A DNA stretch of 64,000 nucleotides from the IMG/VR virus record IMGVR_UViG_2863357390_000001; one strand, given 5' to 3'. Positions 54,860 through 64,000 of this stretch are shown piece by piece. Below the pieces are notes generated by a model. The model had not been told where the DNA came from and did no database searches. It saw nothing but the letters and a program-made list of their open reading frames with translations. The position numbers and the translations under genes were made by a program. The stretch's first letter is position 1; every line of letters starts with the position of its first letter. This DNA comes from a virus. Its lineage: Duplodnaviria; Caudoviricetes.

Positions 54860-56284
54860 ATGGGCTGGGCTTCCGACGCCTACGGACTCGCTCCCTGGGC
54901 GGGCGGCTACATACCGAACGTGCTGCCGCCGGGCTGGACTCCGGTTCCGCCGCCGGTACCGGGCGCGACGACGGTCTACACCGTCGCCGCGCCGACCGGC
55001 ACCGGTCCGTGGGGGGTGCGGACGTGGGGCGGGGCGATGCCGTCGGTGGCATCGCTGCCCGGCGGGGTCAGCGTCGCCCCCGATCCCGAGGCCGGGGTGG
55101 TGCGGGTGTGGGCGTGGTGGCCGGACGCGGCGACTCTGCAACTGGTCCGGGTCGGCGAGGACGGCGTCCGCACCCCGGTGCGTGGCGCGTACGGGCTGAC
55201 CGTCACCGAGCAGACCCGGCGCAACCTGGTCCCCAACCCGTCGATGGAGGCCGGGCTCAACGGCTACCTGCCCGTCGACGGCAACACGACGCTGTCCTCG
55301 GTCGTCGACCCTGTGTGGGCGGCGGCGGGCACGGTCGCGCTGCGCATGGCGTCCACCACCACGACCACCGGCGTGGTCGTGCCCGGCACGCTGCCCGGCA
55401 CGGGCGGCTACACCCTCGCCCTCAACCTGGGCCTGACCGCCGTGCCGTCGACGGTGACCGTGACAGTGGCCTGGCTCAACGCCGCCGGGACGTCGGCCGG
55501 TACCACCACGCTGACCGCGACGGCCGATCAGATCGCGGCCAGTGTGAACCGCACCAACCGTCTGGTGTGGACGTTCTCCGCGCCGGGTACGGCGGTCACC
55601 GGCGCCGCGACCCTCACGATCACCGGCCTGACCGTCGGCCAGTACGCCCACCTCGACGCCGTCGTCGCCGAACGCGGCACCACGGCGGGCGACTACTACG
55701 ACGGCGACACGCTCGGCGGACTGTGGACCGGGACCGCGGAGCTGTCCACGTCCGTCCTGTCCCCGGTGCGGCAGATCGTGGACGGCGAGTGCCCGCTGGA
55801 CGTGCCCGTCCGCTACGAGGTGGCCTCCCCGGCGATCATCGGCGGCAGGGCCACGTCCACCCCGGTGATCCTGGAGTCCGGCGACCGGACGTGGCTCACC
55901 CACCCCGAGTACCCCGAGTCCCCGGTCCAGGCGCACGCCACCGCCACACCGACACGTGACCACGTGCTGCGCCAGGCGCTGCACCCGATCCTCGACTCGC
56001 CCTATCCGGTGGCGGTGTCGGCCGCCCAGCGGTCCGCGCCCGGCGGCGAGATCCAGCTCGTCACCTCGACCTTCGAGAAGCGCGACCAGGCTTTGGCGCT
56101 GCTCGGGTCGGGCACGCCGGTGCTGTGGCGCACCCCGGCCGGGTTCGGCGACGGCGACGGCCAGTGGATCACGCTCGGCACGGTCGTCGAGGATCCCGTC
56201 GGCCAGAAAGGCTGGGGGTCCGTGCGTCTGCTCACCGCGCCCTACCAGGTCGTCGAGGCCCCGGCCGACGTGCTGGTGGCCTGA
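54860..56284 (+). CDS. Minor tail protein with carbohydrate-binding-like domain
   Basis: RRNLVPNPSMEAG; DGECPLDVPVRY. Confidence 0.8.
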   Translation: MGWASDAYGLAPWAGGYIPNVLPPGWTPVPPPVPGATTVYTVAAPTGTGPWGVRTWGGAMPSVASLPGGVSVAPDPEAGVVRVWAWWPDAATLQLVRVGEDGVRTPVRGAYGLTVTEQTRRNLVPNPSMEAGLNGYLPVDGNTTLSSVVDPVWAAAGTVALRMASTTTTTGVVVPGTLPGTGGYTLALNLGLTAVPSTVTVTVAWLNAAGTSAGTTTLTATADQIAASVNRTNRLVWTFSAPGTAVTGAATLTITGLTVGQYAHLDAVVAERGTTAGDYYDGDTLGGLWTGTAELSTSVLSPVRQIVDGECPLDVPVRYEVASPAIIGGRATSTPVILESGDRTWLTHPEYPESPVQAHATATPTRDHVLRQALHPILDSPYPVAVSAAQRSAPGGEIQLVTSTFEKRDQALALLGSGTPVLWRTPAGFGDGDGQWITLGTVVEDPVGQKGWGSVRLLTAPYQVVEAPADVLVA

Positions 56285-57384
56285 TGTGGGCCCAGTCCAC
56301 CCGGGCCGCCGCGACGATCACCCGGTCGCACTCGGTCCGGGTCCGGGCCACCGCCTACGGCCGCACGATCGGCACCCTGGCCGGGCTGCCCGTGGTGGAC
56401 GGCGAGGTGACGGTGGACTCCGGCTCCCAGGTCCGCCGGACCGGCACGGTCGAGCTGGCCTCGCCGTCGCTGTGGCCGTACGACCCGGCGGACATCCTGG
56501 CCCCCTACGGCACCGAGGTGCTCGTCGAGTACGGCATCGTCGTGTCCCGCACGGTCACCGAGTGGGTGCCGATCATCCGGGGCCTGATCACCCAGGCCAC
56601 GCGCACCCGCGGCGCCGGGGGCAGCGGGCCGATCACGCTGTCGCTGGCGGACCGGTCGATCAGGGTCGCCGAGGACCGGTTGGACGCACCGGCCCAGACC
56701 GTGTCCGGCGCGACCACCGTCGCCGAGATCACCCGGCTGATCCAGGAGAGCATCCCGACCGCGACCGTGGTCGACCGGACCGGGTCCACCCAGGTGGCGG
56801 CCGTGCTCGAAATCGAGCGGGAGCGGTGGGCCGACGGCGTCGAGAAGCTCGCCGACAGCATCGGCGCGGAGGTGTACGCCGATCCGATCGGGACGTTCGT
56901 GATCCGCCCGCAGCCGCTGCTCACCGATCCGGTGGTGTGGCAGGTCGCCTCCGGACGCGGCGGCATCCTCGTGGAGCGCACGGACGACCTCACCCGCGAG
57001 CGGGTCTACAACCGGGTGGTGGCCACCGGGGAACGCACCGACGGCACCCCGCCGGTCCGCGCCGTGGTCTCCGACACCGACACCACCAGCCCCACCTACT
57101 ACGGCGGCGATTTCGGCAAAAAGCCGTACTTCTACACCTCGCCGCTGCTGACCAGCACGGGCATGGCCACGACCGCGGCGACCACGATCCTCGCCCGCGC
57201 CCGCGGCATGCAGGCGTCGGTCACCCTCGACGCGATCGTCAACCCGGCCCTGGACGCCGGGGACGTGATCCGCGTGGTCGACGAAGGCCGCACCACCACC
57301 CACATCGTCGACAAGCTCACCGTCCCGCTGGGGGTGGGCGGCGTGCAGACGATCTCCACCCGCTCGGTCGACCTGGAGCCGTGA
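56284..57384 (+). CDS. Minor tail protein (DUF5047-like)
   Basis: VTVDSGSQVRRT...VYNRVVATG. Confidence 0.8.
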   Translation: MWAQSTRAAATITRSHSVRVRATAYGRTIGTLAGLPVVDGEVTVDSGSQVRRTGTVELASPSLWPYDPADILAPYGTEVLVEYGIVVSRTVTEWVPIIRGLITQATRTRGAGGSGPITLSLADRSIRVAEDRLDAPAQTVSGATTVAEITRLIQESIPTATVVDRTGSTQVAAVLEIERERWADGVEKLADSIGAEVYADPIGTFVIRPQPLLTDPVVWQVASGRGGILVERTDDLTRERVYNRVVATGERTDGTPPVRAVVSDTDTTSPTYYGGDFGKKPYFYTSPLLTSTGMATTAATTILARARGMQASVTLDAIVNPALDAGDVIRVVDEGRTTTHIVDKLTVPLGVGGVQTISTRSVDLEP

Positions 57385-57608
57385 TGGACCTGCACGCCGC
57401 GATCGACATCGCCTTGGCCGAGCTGCGCCGGTCCGCGCGCGCGACCGGGACCGTGTCCGGCACGTCGGGCACCAAGGTCGTGGTCGCCGTCTCGGGCGGC
57501 ACGCTCACCCTGCCCCGGCTCGCCTCCTACACGCCGACCGTCGGGGACGTGGTCGTCATCGACACCCTCCAACCCGGCGCGTGGCTCGTGCTGGGAAAAC
57601 CCGCCTGA
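57384..57608 (+). CDS. Small tail protein
   Basis: LASYTPTVGDVV. Confidence 0.7.
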   Translation: MDLHAAIDIALAELRRSARATGTVSGTSGTKVVVAVSGGTLTLPRLASYTPTVGDVVVIDTLQPGAWLVLGKPA

Positions 57609-57624
57609 CGAAAGGGGAAATCCC

Positions 57625-57942
57625 GTGGCCGCGACCCTGGCCGAGTCCTACACCCTGACCCGTGTGGCCTCGTTCGTCGAACGTGTCGCTGTGGCGGTGG
57701 CCAACGCCGCCGTCGCGGTCGCCACCGAGACCCCGGAGAACACCGAGCGGTCCCGGCTGCGCCGGGCACTCGCCGCGCGGATCGCCGAGAACCGCGACGG
57801 CCTGGACTACGCCGCCCGGTTCGCGCTCCTGGTCGCCCGCAACCCGGCCATCGTCCTGGGCTCGTCCGACAACGACATCCAGTTCACCGTGAACTCGGTG
57901 TGGGACGCGGTCGCCGGCGCCGAACCCCCGCCGCAGCCCTGA
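57625..57942 (+). CDS. Hypothetical phage protein
   Basis: DNDIQFTVNSVWD motif. Confidence 0.7.
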   Translation: MAATLAESYTLTRVASFVERVAVAVANAAVAVATETPENTERSRLRRALAARIAENRDGLDYAARFALLVARNPAIVLGSSDNDIQFTVNSVWDAVAGAEPPPQP

Positions 57943-57965
57943 CCGACGAGACGAGGACGGCACCG

Positions 57966-58388
57966 ATGATCGTGATACCCAGCGGCCGGCACCCGCACGA
58001 AATCCTCCTGATGGCCGTGTTCGTCCTCGCCGGGGTCGCCGGGCTCATCGCTCCGCGGCGCTTCAGCGGGCAGACCCTCCAGGCGCTGCCGCACTCGACC
58101 CTGCTGCTGTTCTACGGCGTGCTCGCCGCAGGCGGACTGCTCGCCCTGGTCGGCGTTTTCCTGCCCGGTCTGCGCGGGCCGACGGTGGAGATGTACGGGC
58201 TGACGCTGCTCGCGGTCGTGCTGATCGGCTACGGCGCCGCCGTGTGGTGGGCGTTCGGCGCACGAGGCTTTTTCTTCGCGCTGATCACGATCGGGATCGG
58301 CGCCGCGAACGTGTGGAGGGCCGCGCAGATCAACGCCAGCATCGCCGCCGCCCGCAGGACCCTCAGAGCGCTCGGTGACGCCCCGTGA
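57966..58388 (+). CDS. Four-TM membrane protein (lysis region)
   Basis: Hydrophobic helices. Confidence 0.7.
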   Translation: MIVIPSGRHPHEILLMAVFVLAGVAGLIAPRRFSGQTLQALPHSTLLLFYGVLAAGGLLALVGVFLPGLRGPTVEMYGLTLLAVVLIGYGAAVWWAFGARGFFFALITIGIGAANVWRAAQINASIAAARRTLRALGDAP

Positions 58389-58741
58389 GCGCCGCCGTCC
58401 TGCTCCAGTGGGCCAGCGCGATCGGAGGCATCGGGGCGGTCGGCACCGCCGTGGCCCTGCCCCTGACCCTGCGCCGGATGCGCGCCGAGGTCCGCAAGGC
58501 CGAGACCGAGAGCGACAAGGTCGAGGCCGAGGTCGCCCAGGTGCTCTCCAGCACCGCCTTGGCACTGCTGGCACCGGCCCGCGCCGAGATCGAGGAGCTG
58601 GAGCGTCGGCTGCGCCTGGCCACCGACCGCGCCACGGCGTTGGAGGCCGAGGTGCAGACGCTGCGCGGCCAGGTCACGGCCATGTCCCGCGAGATCACCG
58701 GCCTGCGCGAGGAGAACACCGCCCTGCGCTCACATCACTGA
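58385..58741 (+). CDS. Membrane-anchored coiled-coil protein (lysis region)
   Basis: N-terminal TM helix and long heptad repeat. Confidence 0.7.
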   Translation: MSAAVLLQWASAIGGIGAVGTAVALPLTLRRMRAEVRKAETESDKVEAEVAQVLSSTALALLAPARAEIEELERRLRLATDRATALEAEVQTLRGQVTAMSREITGLREENTALRSHH

Positions 58742-58783
58742 CCACTCTCCCAACCCCCCCACCCACACCTCCGAGGAGGTGGC

Positions 58784-59875
58784 ATGGCCCAAGTCCTCGA
58801 CTACTCCGCAGGCATCCCCGGCGGCGCCGCGATCAAGGCCGCCGGTTACGCGGGCGCGGTCCGCTACATCGGACTGCCCGGCTACACCAAGAGCACCACA
58901 CGGTCCGAACTGGACGACTTCACCGCGCACGGCCTTGGCATGGCTTTGGTGTTCGAGCACCTGGCCAGCGACTGGCGGGGTGGCTACCTCGCCGGGTCCG
59001 AGAACTACCGGCGTGCACGACAGCACGCGACCGCCATCGGATTCCCCGCCGACAGGCCGATCTACATGGCCGTCGACCAGGACGTGGTCACCAACGCCGA
59101 GTTCGGTGTCGCGCTGGCCTACATCCGGGGCGCCCGCGACGCGGCCGGAGGCGATCCCGGCCTGGTCGGGGTGTACGGCGAGTACGACGTGTGCGCGGCC
59201 GTGGCCGCGTGGCGCGGACCGACCGGCGACCGGCTGTGCGACTGGTACTGGCAGTGCCGGGCCTGGTCCGGCACACCCGTACGGCTGCTCGACGCACGAC
59301 ACCTGTACCAGCGTGTCGGCACCGTCACCGTGGGCGGCGTCGACTGCGACATCAACGACGTGCTCCAGGACGACTGGGGCCAGCACCTGGAGGACTCCGT
59401 GGGCGTGAACGACTCGCTCGGCGAGGTGACGGTCGGAGGCAACACGTTCTCCCTCACCCTCGCCAAGGCGGTGAAGGAGCTGTACCTCGGCGCCTACGAG
59501 GGGGGCGGGGACGCGGGCAGGCTGCCCGCCTACATCGCGGCGAACACCGCCGCAGCGGCGTGGGACACGCCGCTCGACAACAGATACGGCGGCCAGGTCA
59601 CCGCGAAGACGATGCTCGCCTACATCGACCAGCACGTGAACGACGTGCGCGCCGAGCAGGCCGCGCAGCGCGAGATCCTGGCCCAGCTCGCCCAGCACCC
59701 GGACATCACCCCGGAACGGCTGGAGCAGGTCGTCCGGGACGCGGTCCAGGCAGCGAACACCGCCCACCTGGCCGAGGTGACCGCCGTGGTCCGTGAGATC
59801 GTCGGCGCCCGCGACGAGAACCTGGCGGACGAGGTCGTCGACGAGATCGGCCGCCGTACCGCGAGGGCTGCCTGA
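58784..59875 (+). CDS. Endolysin, DUF1906/GH25-like
   Basis: VLDYS, GAVRYI, IYMAVD, GVYG, WQCRAWS, DCDIN. Confidence 0.85.
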   Translation: MAQVLDYSAGIPGGAAIKAAGYAGAVRYIGLPGYTKSTTRSELDDFTAHGLGMALVFEHLASDWRGGYLAGSENYRRARQHATAIGFPADRPIYMAVDQDVVTNAEFGVALAYIRGARDAAGGDPGLVGVYGEYDVCAAVAAWRGPTGDRLCDWYWQCRAWSGTPVRLLDARHLYQRVGTVTVGGVDCDINDVLQDDWGQHLEDSVGVNDSLGEVTVGGNTFSLTLAKAVKELYLGAYEGGGDAGRLPAYIAANTAAAAWDTPLDNRYGGQVTAKTMLAYIDQHVNDVRAEQAAQREILAQLAQHPDITPERLEQVVRDAVQAANTAHLAEVTAVVREIVGARDENLADEVVDEIGRRTARAA

Positions 59876-60273
59876 TGCGCGTGCTCGGCCGGGAGCCGGC
59901 CTACTGGATGAGCCTGTGCGCCGCGCTGCTCGCGCTGGCCGGTGCGTTCGGGTTGCCGCTGACCGTGGAGCAGCAGGGCCTGCTCAACGCCTTGTTGGCT
60001 GCGGTGTTCGGCGCGATCACCGCCGCGCTGGTGGCCGCCGAGAAGTCGGTGCCTGCCTTGGTGGGCGTGTTCAAGGCCGCGATCGCCGTCGGGTTGGCAT
60101 TCGGCCTGCGCCTAGCCCCTGAGGTCCAGGCGTCCGCGCTGGTCGTGGTCGAGCTGGTGTTGACCGGTCTTCTGGTGCGGCCCAACGTGGTCGCGTCCGT
60201 GCCGCCGTCGGAGAGGCTGGCCATGGTCGGCCCGGACGGTGTCCAGCACGCGACGTTCGGGTTGCGCGGCTAG
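59875..60273 (+). CDS. Holin
   Basis: GREPAYW; multiple TM helices; follows the endolysin. Confidence 0.8.
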   Translation: MRVLGREPAYWMSLCAALLALAGAFGLPLTVEQQGLLNALLAAVFGAITAALVAAEKSVPALVGVFKAAIAVGLAFGLRLAPEVQASALVVVELVLTGLLVRPNVVASVPPSERLAMVGPDGVQHATFGLRG

Positions 60274-60319
60274 CCTCATCCCTACGTCCACGGGTTTACG
60301 TCTCGTGTCCGTCTCGCAG

Positions 60320-60354
60320 CAACGCCCCGTCCACCTCTGGTGGGCGGGGCGTTG
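60320..60354. terminator. Terminator after the lysis cassette
   Basis: CAACGCCCCG...CGGGGCGTTG hairpin, similar to 7175-7207. Confidence 0.75.
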
Positions 60355-60365
60355 TCGTGTATCGG

Positions 60366-60393
60366 TTGACACCGGTCCGCCCCCGGGTACAGT
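60366..60393 (+). promoter_or_regulatory. Housekeeping-type promoter for the Y RNA-rsr unit
   Basis: TTGACA-16-TACAGT. Confidence 0.65.
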
Positions 60394-60403
60394 GAAGTCC
60401 GCA

Positions 60404-60469
60404 CTCCCGGTGCGCAGCTGGCGGTTACTTCATGGCGTTGAACACCGCAGGCGACTTTGATCTCGGGAG
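60404..60469 (+). ncRNA. Short Y RNA (YrlB-like)
   Basis: 5' CTCCCGGTGCGCAG pairs with 3' GACTTTGATCTCGGGAG; same termini as the neighbouring RNA; upstream of Ro60. Confidence 0.75.
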
Positions 60470-60486
60470 CCCACAACTCCACACGT

Positions 60487-60618
60487 GCCCGGTGCGCAGG
60501 CGAGGGTTACTTCCACTACTAATGGGCGGTCGCAGGTTCGAGTCCTGCCAGCGGCTTCGGCCGTTGTAGCTCAGTTGGCCAGAGCAGCTACGTCACCTTC
60601 GCCGACTTGATCTCGGGC
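60487..60618 (+). ncRNA. yrlA: YrlA-like Y RNA with permuted tRNA-like domain
   Basis: T arm GCAGGTTCGAGTCCTGC (60532-48), cUUCGg stem, D arm TAGCTCAGTTGGCCAGAGC (60567-85), Ro-binding stem. Confidence 0.85.
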
Positions 60619-60659
60619 CGTGTGGGGCTGTATCTCCCTCTCCGTAGAGAGGTCGAGCA

Positions 60660-62237
60660 GTGTCCAGGTTCAACACCGCCACGGCACGCCCGGTCGGCTC
60701 GGGTCCGATCCACACGGAGTCGACGCCGTCGACCCTCACCCACGAGGGCGCCCCCGGGTACGCGCGGGACACCAAGTCCGCGCTGTTCCTGCTCGCGGTG
60801 TCCAACATGGCCGGCGAGGACACCTACTACGAGAAGGCCGGCGACCGCGACGCGCGGTACGCGGACCTCGTTCACGCCGCTGCCCTGGAAGACCCGAAAT
60901 GGACGGCGCGTTTCCTGGCGTGGCTGCGGTCGGAGGCGAACATGCGCTCCGCGCCGCTGGTCGGTGCCTGCGAGTTCGTCCGCGCACGCCTGACCGCGCA
61001 GCGGCGACGGCGTGGTGCCAACCGGGCCGTGATCGCGTCCGTGCTCCAGCGCGCCGACGAGCCGGGTGAACTGCTCGCGTACTGGACCTCCCGGTACGGA
61101 CGGGCGATTCCGAAGCCGGTGAAGCGCGGGGTCGCGGACGCCGTGCTGCGTCTGTACGACGAGCGCTCTCTGTCCAAGTGGGACTCCGCTGGGCGCGGGT
61201 TCCGGTTCGGTGACGTGCTCAACCTCGTCCACCCGACCCCTCGCGCGGACTGGCAGGGCGACCTGTTCCGGTACGCGCTCGACCGCAGGCACGGCAACGC
61301 AGAGGAGATCCCCGAGTCGCTGACAGTGCTTCGTCAGCGCGGCGACATGCTGTCGTGGCCGGTGGAACAGCGACGCGCCCTGTTCGCCAACGACGTCGTT
61401 GCCTCCTCGGTCCTGCGTACGGCGGGGATGACGTGGGAGTCGGTCGCCGGGTGGTTGCAAGGACCGCTCGACGCGCGCGTGTGGGAAGCGCTGATCCCGT
61501 CCATGGGCTACATGGCCCTGCTGCGCAACCTGCGCAACTTCGACGAGGCAGGGGTGTCCGACCAGGTCGCGGCGTCCGTGTCGGCGCGGCTGGCCGACCC
61601 GGGCCAGGTGGCGAGGTCGAGGCAGTTCCCGTTCCGGTTCCTGTCCGCGTACGAGGCCGCGCCGAGCCTGCGCTGGGGCCACGCCCTCGACCAGGCGCTG
61701 CAAGCCTCGCTCGCGCAGCTGCCCGCGCTGCCCGGCCGGTCGTTGATCCTGATCGACACGTCCGCGTCGATGACCGGCACGTCGTTGTCCGCCAGGTCCA
61801 AGGTCACTCCCGCCAAGGCTGCGGCGGTGTTCGGCGTCGCACTGGCCGCCAAGGGTGTCGACGTGGACCTGCGCGGGTTCGCCTCCGGCGAGTTCGTGCA
61901 CACCGTCCCGCGCGGCGGGTCGGTGATCCGCGAGGTCGACCGGTTCCTGTCCCGGATCGGCGAGGTCGGCCACGGCACCGACATCGCCGGCGCCGTCCGC
62001 CGCAGCTACAACGGCCACGACCGGGTGGTCATCGTCTCCGACATGCAGACCATGACCGGCGGCGTCGACACTGCAGTCCCCGGGCACGTGCCGGTCTACG
62101 GGTTCAACCTCGGCGGCTACCGGGCGGCGGCCATGGCCACCGTCGGGAACAGGCACGAGTTCGGCGGGCTGACCGACGCGACGTTCCGCATGGTCCCGCT
62201 GCTCGAAGCAGGCCGGAACGCGGACTGGCCGTTCTGA
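60660..62237 (+). CDS. rsr: Ro60/Rsr TROVE-vWA RNA-binding protein
   Basis: LLAVSN, MGYMALLRNLRN, PFRFLSAY, LIDTSASM, GTD, VSDMQ. Confidence 0.93.
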   Translation: MSRFNTATARPVGSGPIHTESTPSTLTHEGAPGYARDTKSALFLLAVSNMAGEDTYYEKAGDRDARYADLVHAAALEDPKWTARFLAWLRSEANMRSAPLVGACEFVRARLTAQRRRRGANRAVIASVLQRADEPGELLAYWTSRYGRAIPKPVKRGVADAVLRLYDERSLSKWDSAGRGFRFGDVLNLVHPTPRADWQGDLFRYALDRRHGNAEEIPESLTVLRQRGDMLSWPVEQRRALFANDVVASSVLRTAGMTWESVAGWLQGPLDARVWEALIPSMGYMALLRNLRNFDEAGVSDQVAASVSARLADPGQVARSRQFPFRFLSAYEAAPSLRWGHALDQALQASLAQLPALPGRSLILIDTSASMTGTSLSARSKVTPAKAAAVFGVALAAKGVDVDLRGFASGEFVHTVPRGGSVIREVDRFLSRIGEVGHGTDIAGAVRRSYNGHDRVVIVSDMQTMTGGVDTAVPGHVPVYGFNLGGYRAAAMATVGNRHEFGGLTDATFRMVPLLEAGRNADWPF

Positions 62238-62240
62238 CCG

Positions 62241-62279
62241 CCCGGTGCCCGCCCGCGAATCCCGCTGGCGGGCACCGGG
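62241..62279. terminator. Bidirectional terminator
   Basis: 13-bp stem between convergent genes. Confidence 0.75.
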
Positions 62280-62744
62280 TCAGCCGCCCAAGTCCCCGAG
62301 CTGCAGGTCGACCGGCAGCGTCGCCCCGCCCCCGATCAGGATGGTCGTGACGTGCGGCAGACAGTCGACGCCCGAGCACGTCTCGTAGGCGTCGTACGCG
62401 CTTTTGACCTCCCCGATCAAGGCCGTGGCCTTGGCGTAGTGGTCGGGGTTCGGCTGCGATTCGATCGCCTGCTCCACCGCGTACGCCACGTTGACGATCC
62501 AGATCAGCAGAGCAGCGCAGTTCTCCGACTTGACCACAGCCGGGGCGCAAGCGCTCGGCGGTGCGCTGTCGGTGGCCTGCTTGAACAGCGGCCCGTAGCG
62601 GGTGTACAGGTCCCCGGTCGTGGCACTGGAGGTCACGACCGAGGACGTAGTCGCCGAACTAGGTGGTGGGCTCGCGGTGGGCTCGTTCGGTGCGGTGGAG
62701 CAGCCGGCGAGCAGGAGGGCGGCGGCGACAGCGGCGGTACGCAT
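62280..62744 (-). CDS. Lipoprotein
   Basis: Lipobox LLAGC with Ser/Pro linker. Confidence 0.8.
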   Translation of the reverse strand: MRTAAVAAALLLAGCSTAPNEPTASPPPSSATTSSVVTSSATTGDLYTRYGPLFKQATDSAPPSACAPAVVKSENCAALLIWIVNVAYAVEQAIESQPNPDHYAKATALIGEVKSAYDAYETCSGVDCLPHVTTILIGGGATLPVDLQLGDLGG

Positions 62745-62800
62745 GCCTGCCTGTCGCCACCACCGGCCCCGGTCGTTACTCCGCTCACTCGATCAGGGCT

Positions 62801-64000
62801 TCACGCCGAATGCAGGCGGTGGATCGTCGCTGCCGCCCGCCTATTCGGCTCCCCCTTCGCCATGTAGATGTTCTGGGTCATCGACGGGTTGGCGTGCCGC
62901 AAGATGCCCGCGATCTCGCGCGCGGAATGCCCGCCACGGTCCAGTGCCGTGGCGACCGTCTTGCGACCCAGGTGCGTGGTGAATCGCGGATAGCCGATCC
63001 GGATCCGCATCCGCCGCACCGCCCGCTGCACGTTGGACGGCGTGCGCCAGCCTCCCAGAGCCGACGGAAAAATCGCCGTTCCCGGAAAGACCTGGTCGGG
63101 TTTCCGCGCCCGCAGCAGATCGACCAGGAACTCGGGCATCACCACGACGCCGCGCGAAGTCGCGGTCTTGCCCTCGTGGCGGACCACTCCCTTGCCCGTC
63201 ACGGACACCAGGTTCGCGTGGAACCAGACGCCACCGGCTGGAACGACGACCTCCTCTTCGGAGTCGCGCATCCGGATCGCGTCCGAGCCGAGGTTGACGT
63301 CGCCCCATTGCAGGGCCAGCGCCTCGCCGAAACGCGCGCCCGTGCCGAAAAGAAGCCGGATCAGGTCCCGCAGGTCCGCTCGTGCCGAGTACCGGTCGCC
63401 GTCGAGCCGCGCCAGGAAATCCACGAGCTGCTTGTCGTCGTAGGCGGCGACCGCTTTCTTGCGCCCGTCGTCTTTGATCTGTCCCATGTCGCGCACAGGA
63501 TTGCGGCCGAGCAGCCCGCGGTCGACGGCCTCCTGCAGGACTCCGGACAGCACGGTGCGCACGCCGCGGCGAGTGGGGGCGGACAGGCCGTTGGCCTTCA
63601 TCGCGGACAGCACGCGCCCGAGCCTGCCGGGTGTGCACTCGCGTAGGTACAGGTCTCCGATCGCTGGCAGCACGTGGCCTTCGAGGCGGCCCTTGTAGCG
63701 GTCGTAGGTGGTACCGACGTGCTCGGTCCTGATCCGATCGAGCCAGACGGCGGCGACCGCGCGGAACTTGGTGTCCGCCCCGGCCGGGAGGTCCTCGTTG
63801 AGGATTTCGGCGAGGGCGGCCTTCAGTGCGGCCTTGGCCTTGGCCTCGGTGGTCGCACGGCGTTCGAGTCGTCCGACCTTGCCCGCGTAGTCGCGGTAGC
63901 GGCAGTCGGCACGCCATTTGGCGGGCGTGACGTCGCCGGGGGTGAGTCGGGTGGTGTTGATCTCGCCGTAGGTGCCGATTCGGAGCGGTGGGCGTGGCAT
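62801..64000 (-). CDS. int: Tyrosine recombinase/integrase
   Basis: GARFGEAL, HLGRKT, LRH, Y catalytic motifs. Confidence 0.93.
   Translation of the reverse strand: MPRPPLRIGTYGEINTTRLTPGDVTPAKWRADCRYRDYAGKVGRLERRATTEAKAKAALKAALAEILNEDLPAGADTKFRAVAAVWLDRIRTEHVGTTYDRYKGRLEGHVLPAIGDLYLRECTPGRLGRVLSAMKANGLSAPTRRGVRTVLSGVLQEAVDRGLLGRNPVRDMGQIKDDGRKKAVAAYDDKQLVDFLARLDGDRYSARADLRDLIRLLFGTGARFGEALALQWGDVNLGSDAIRMRDSEEEVVVPAGGVWFHANLVSVTGKGVVRHEGKTATSRGVVVMPEFLVDLLRARKPDQVFPGTAIFPSALGGWRTPSNVQRAVRRMRIRIGYPRFTTHLGRKTVATALDRGGHSAREIAGILRHANPSMTQNIYMAKGEPNRRAAATIHRLHSA

Larger units (their letters stand above)
4..64000. mobile_element. Temperate siphophage/prophage of a high-GC actinomycete; ends not visible
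   Basis: Terminase, portal, capsid, tail, tape measure, endolysin, holin and tyrosine integrase genes, plus a dense small-gene early region. Confidence 0.95.

Noticed and set aside
60520-60600. tRNA gene
   Set aside because: The T arm precedes the D arm, and there is no canonical anticodon arm or CCA end; this is YrlA architecture.
62745-62800. attP core
   Set aside because: No tRNA-3'-like or repeated core sequence could be identified.
1-64000. CRISPR repeat-spacer array
   Set aside because: No regularly spaced 25-40 nt repeats with unique spacers were found by eye in any intergenic region. A computational check (MinCED/CRISPRidentify) is still advisable.

Overview
The window is one high-GC actinomycete temperate siphophage (prophage or phage contig; a Pseudonocardiales-like host is inferred). 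It runs from early genes through head, tail and lysis genes to a tyrosine integrase. Main features: (1) A translationally coupled, array-less type IV-B-like CRISPR effector operon (csf1-cas11-csf2-csf3-cysH-like) with two atypical members, an upstream type I-E-like Cas6e and a DNA methyltransferase wedged between csf3 and cysH (2.2-7.2 kb). (2) An orphan Cas8e/Cse1 homolog with an extra C-terminal phage DNA-binding-like domain (11.3-13.2 kb). (3) Three palindromic back-to-back promoter cassettes driving small early genes. (4) An AICE/Streptomyces-plasmid-like transfer module (TraA-like, TraB, Spd-like, NUDIX) with two DNA-level repeat arrays. (5) An XRE/DUF5753 regulator followed by four tandem DUF397 genes, and an unexplained closed multi-stem RNA. 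(6) A canonical morphogenesis and lysis cluster with a -1 tail-chaperone frameshift. (7) A Ro60/Rsr gene preceded by two Y RNAs, one with a permuted tRNA-like domain. No CRISPR array, cas1/2, cas3 or dinG was found. All calls come from motif reading, not database searches.
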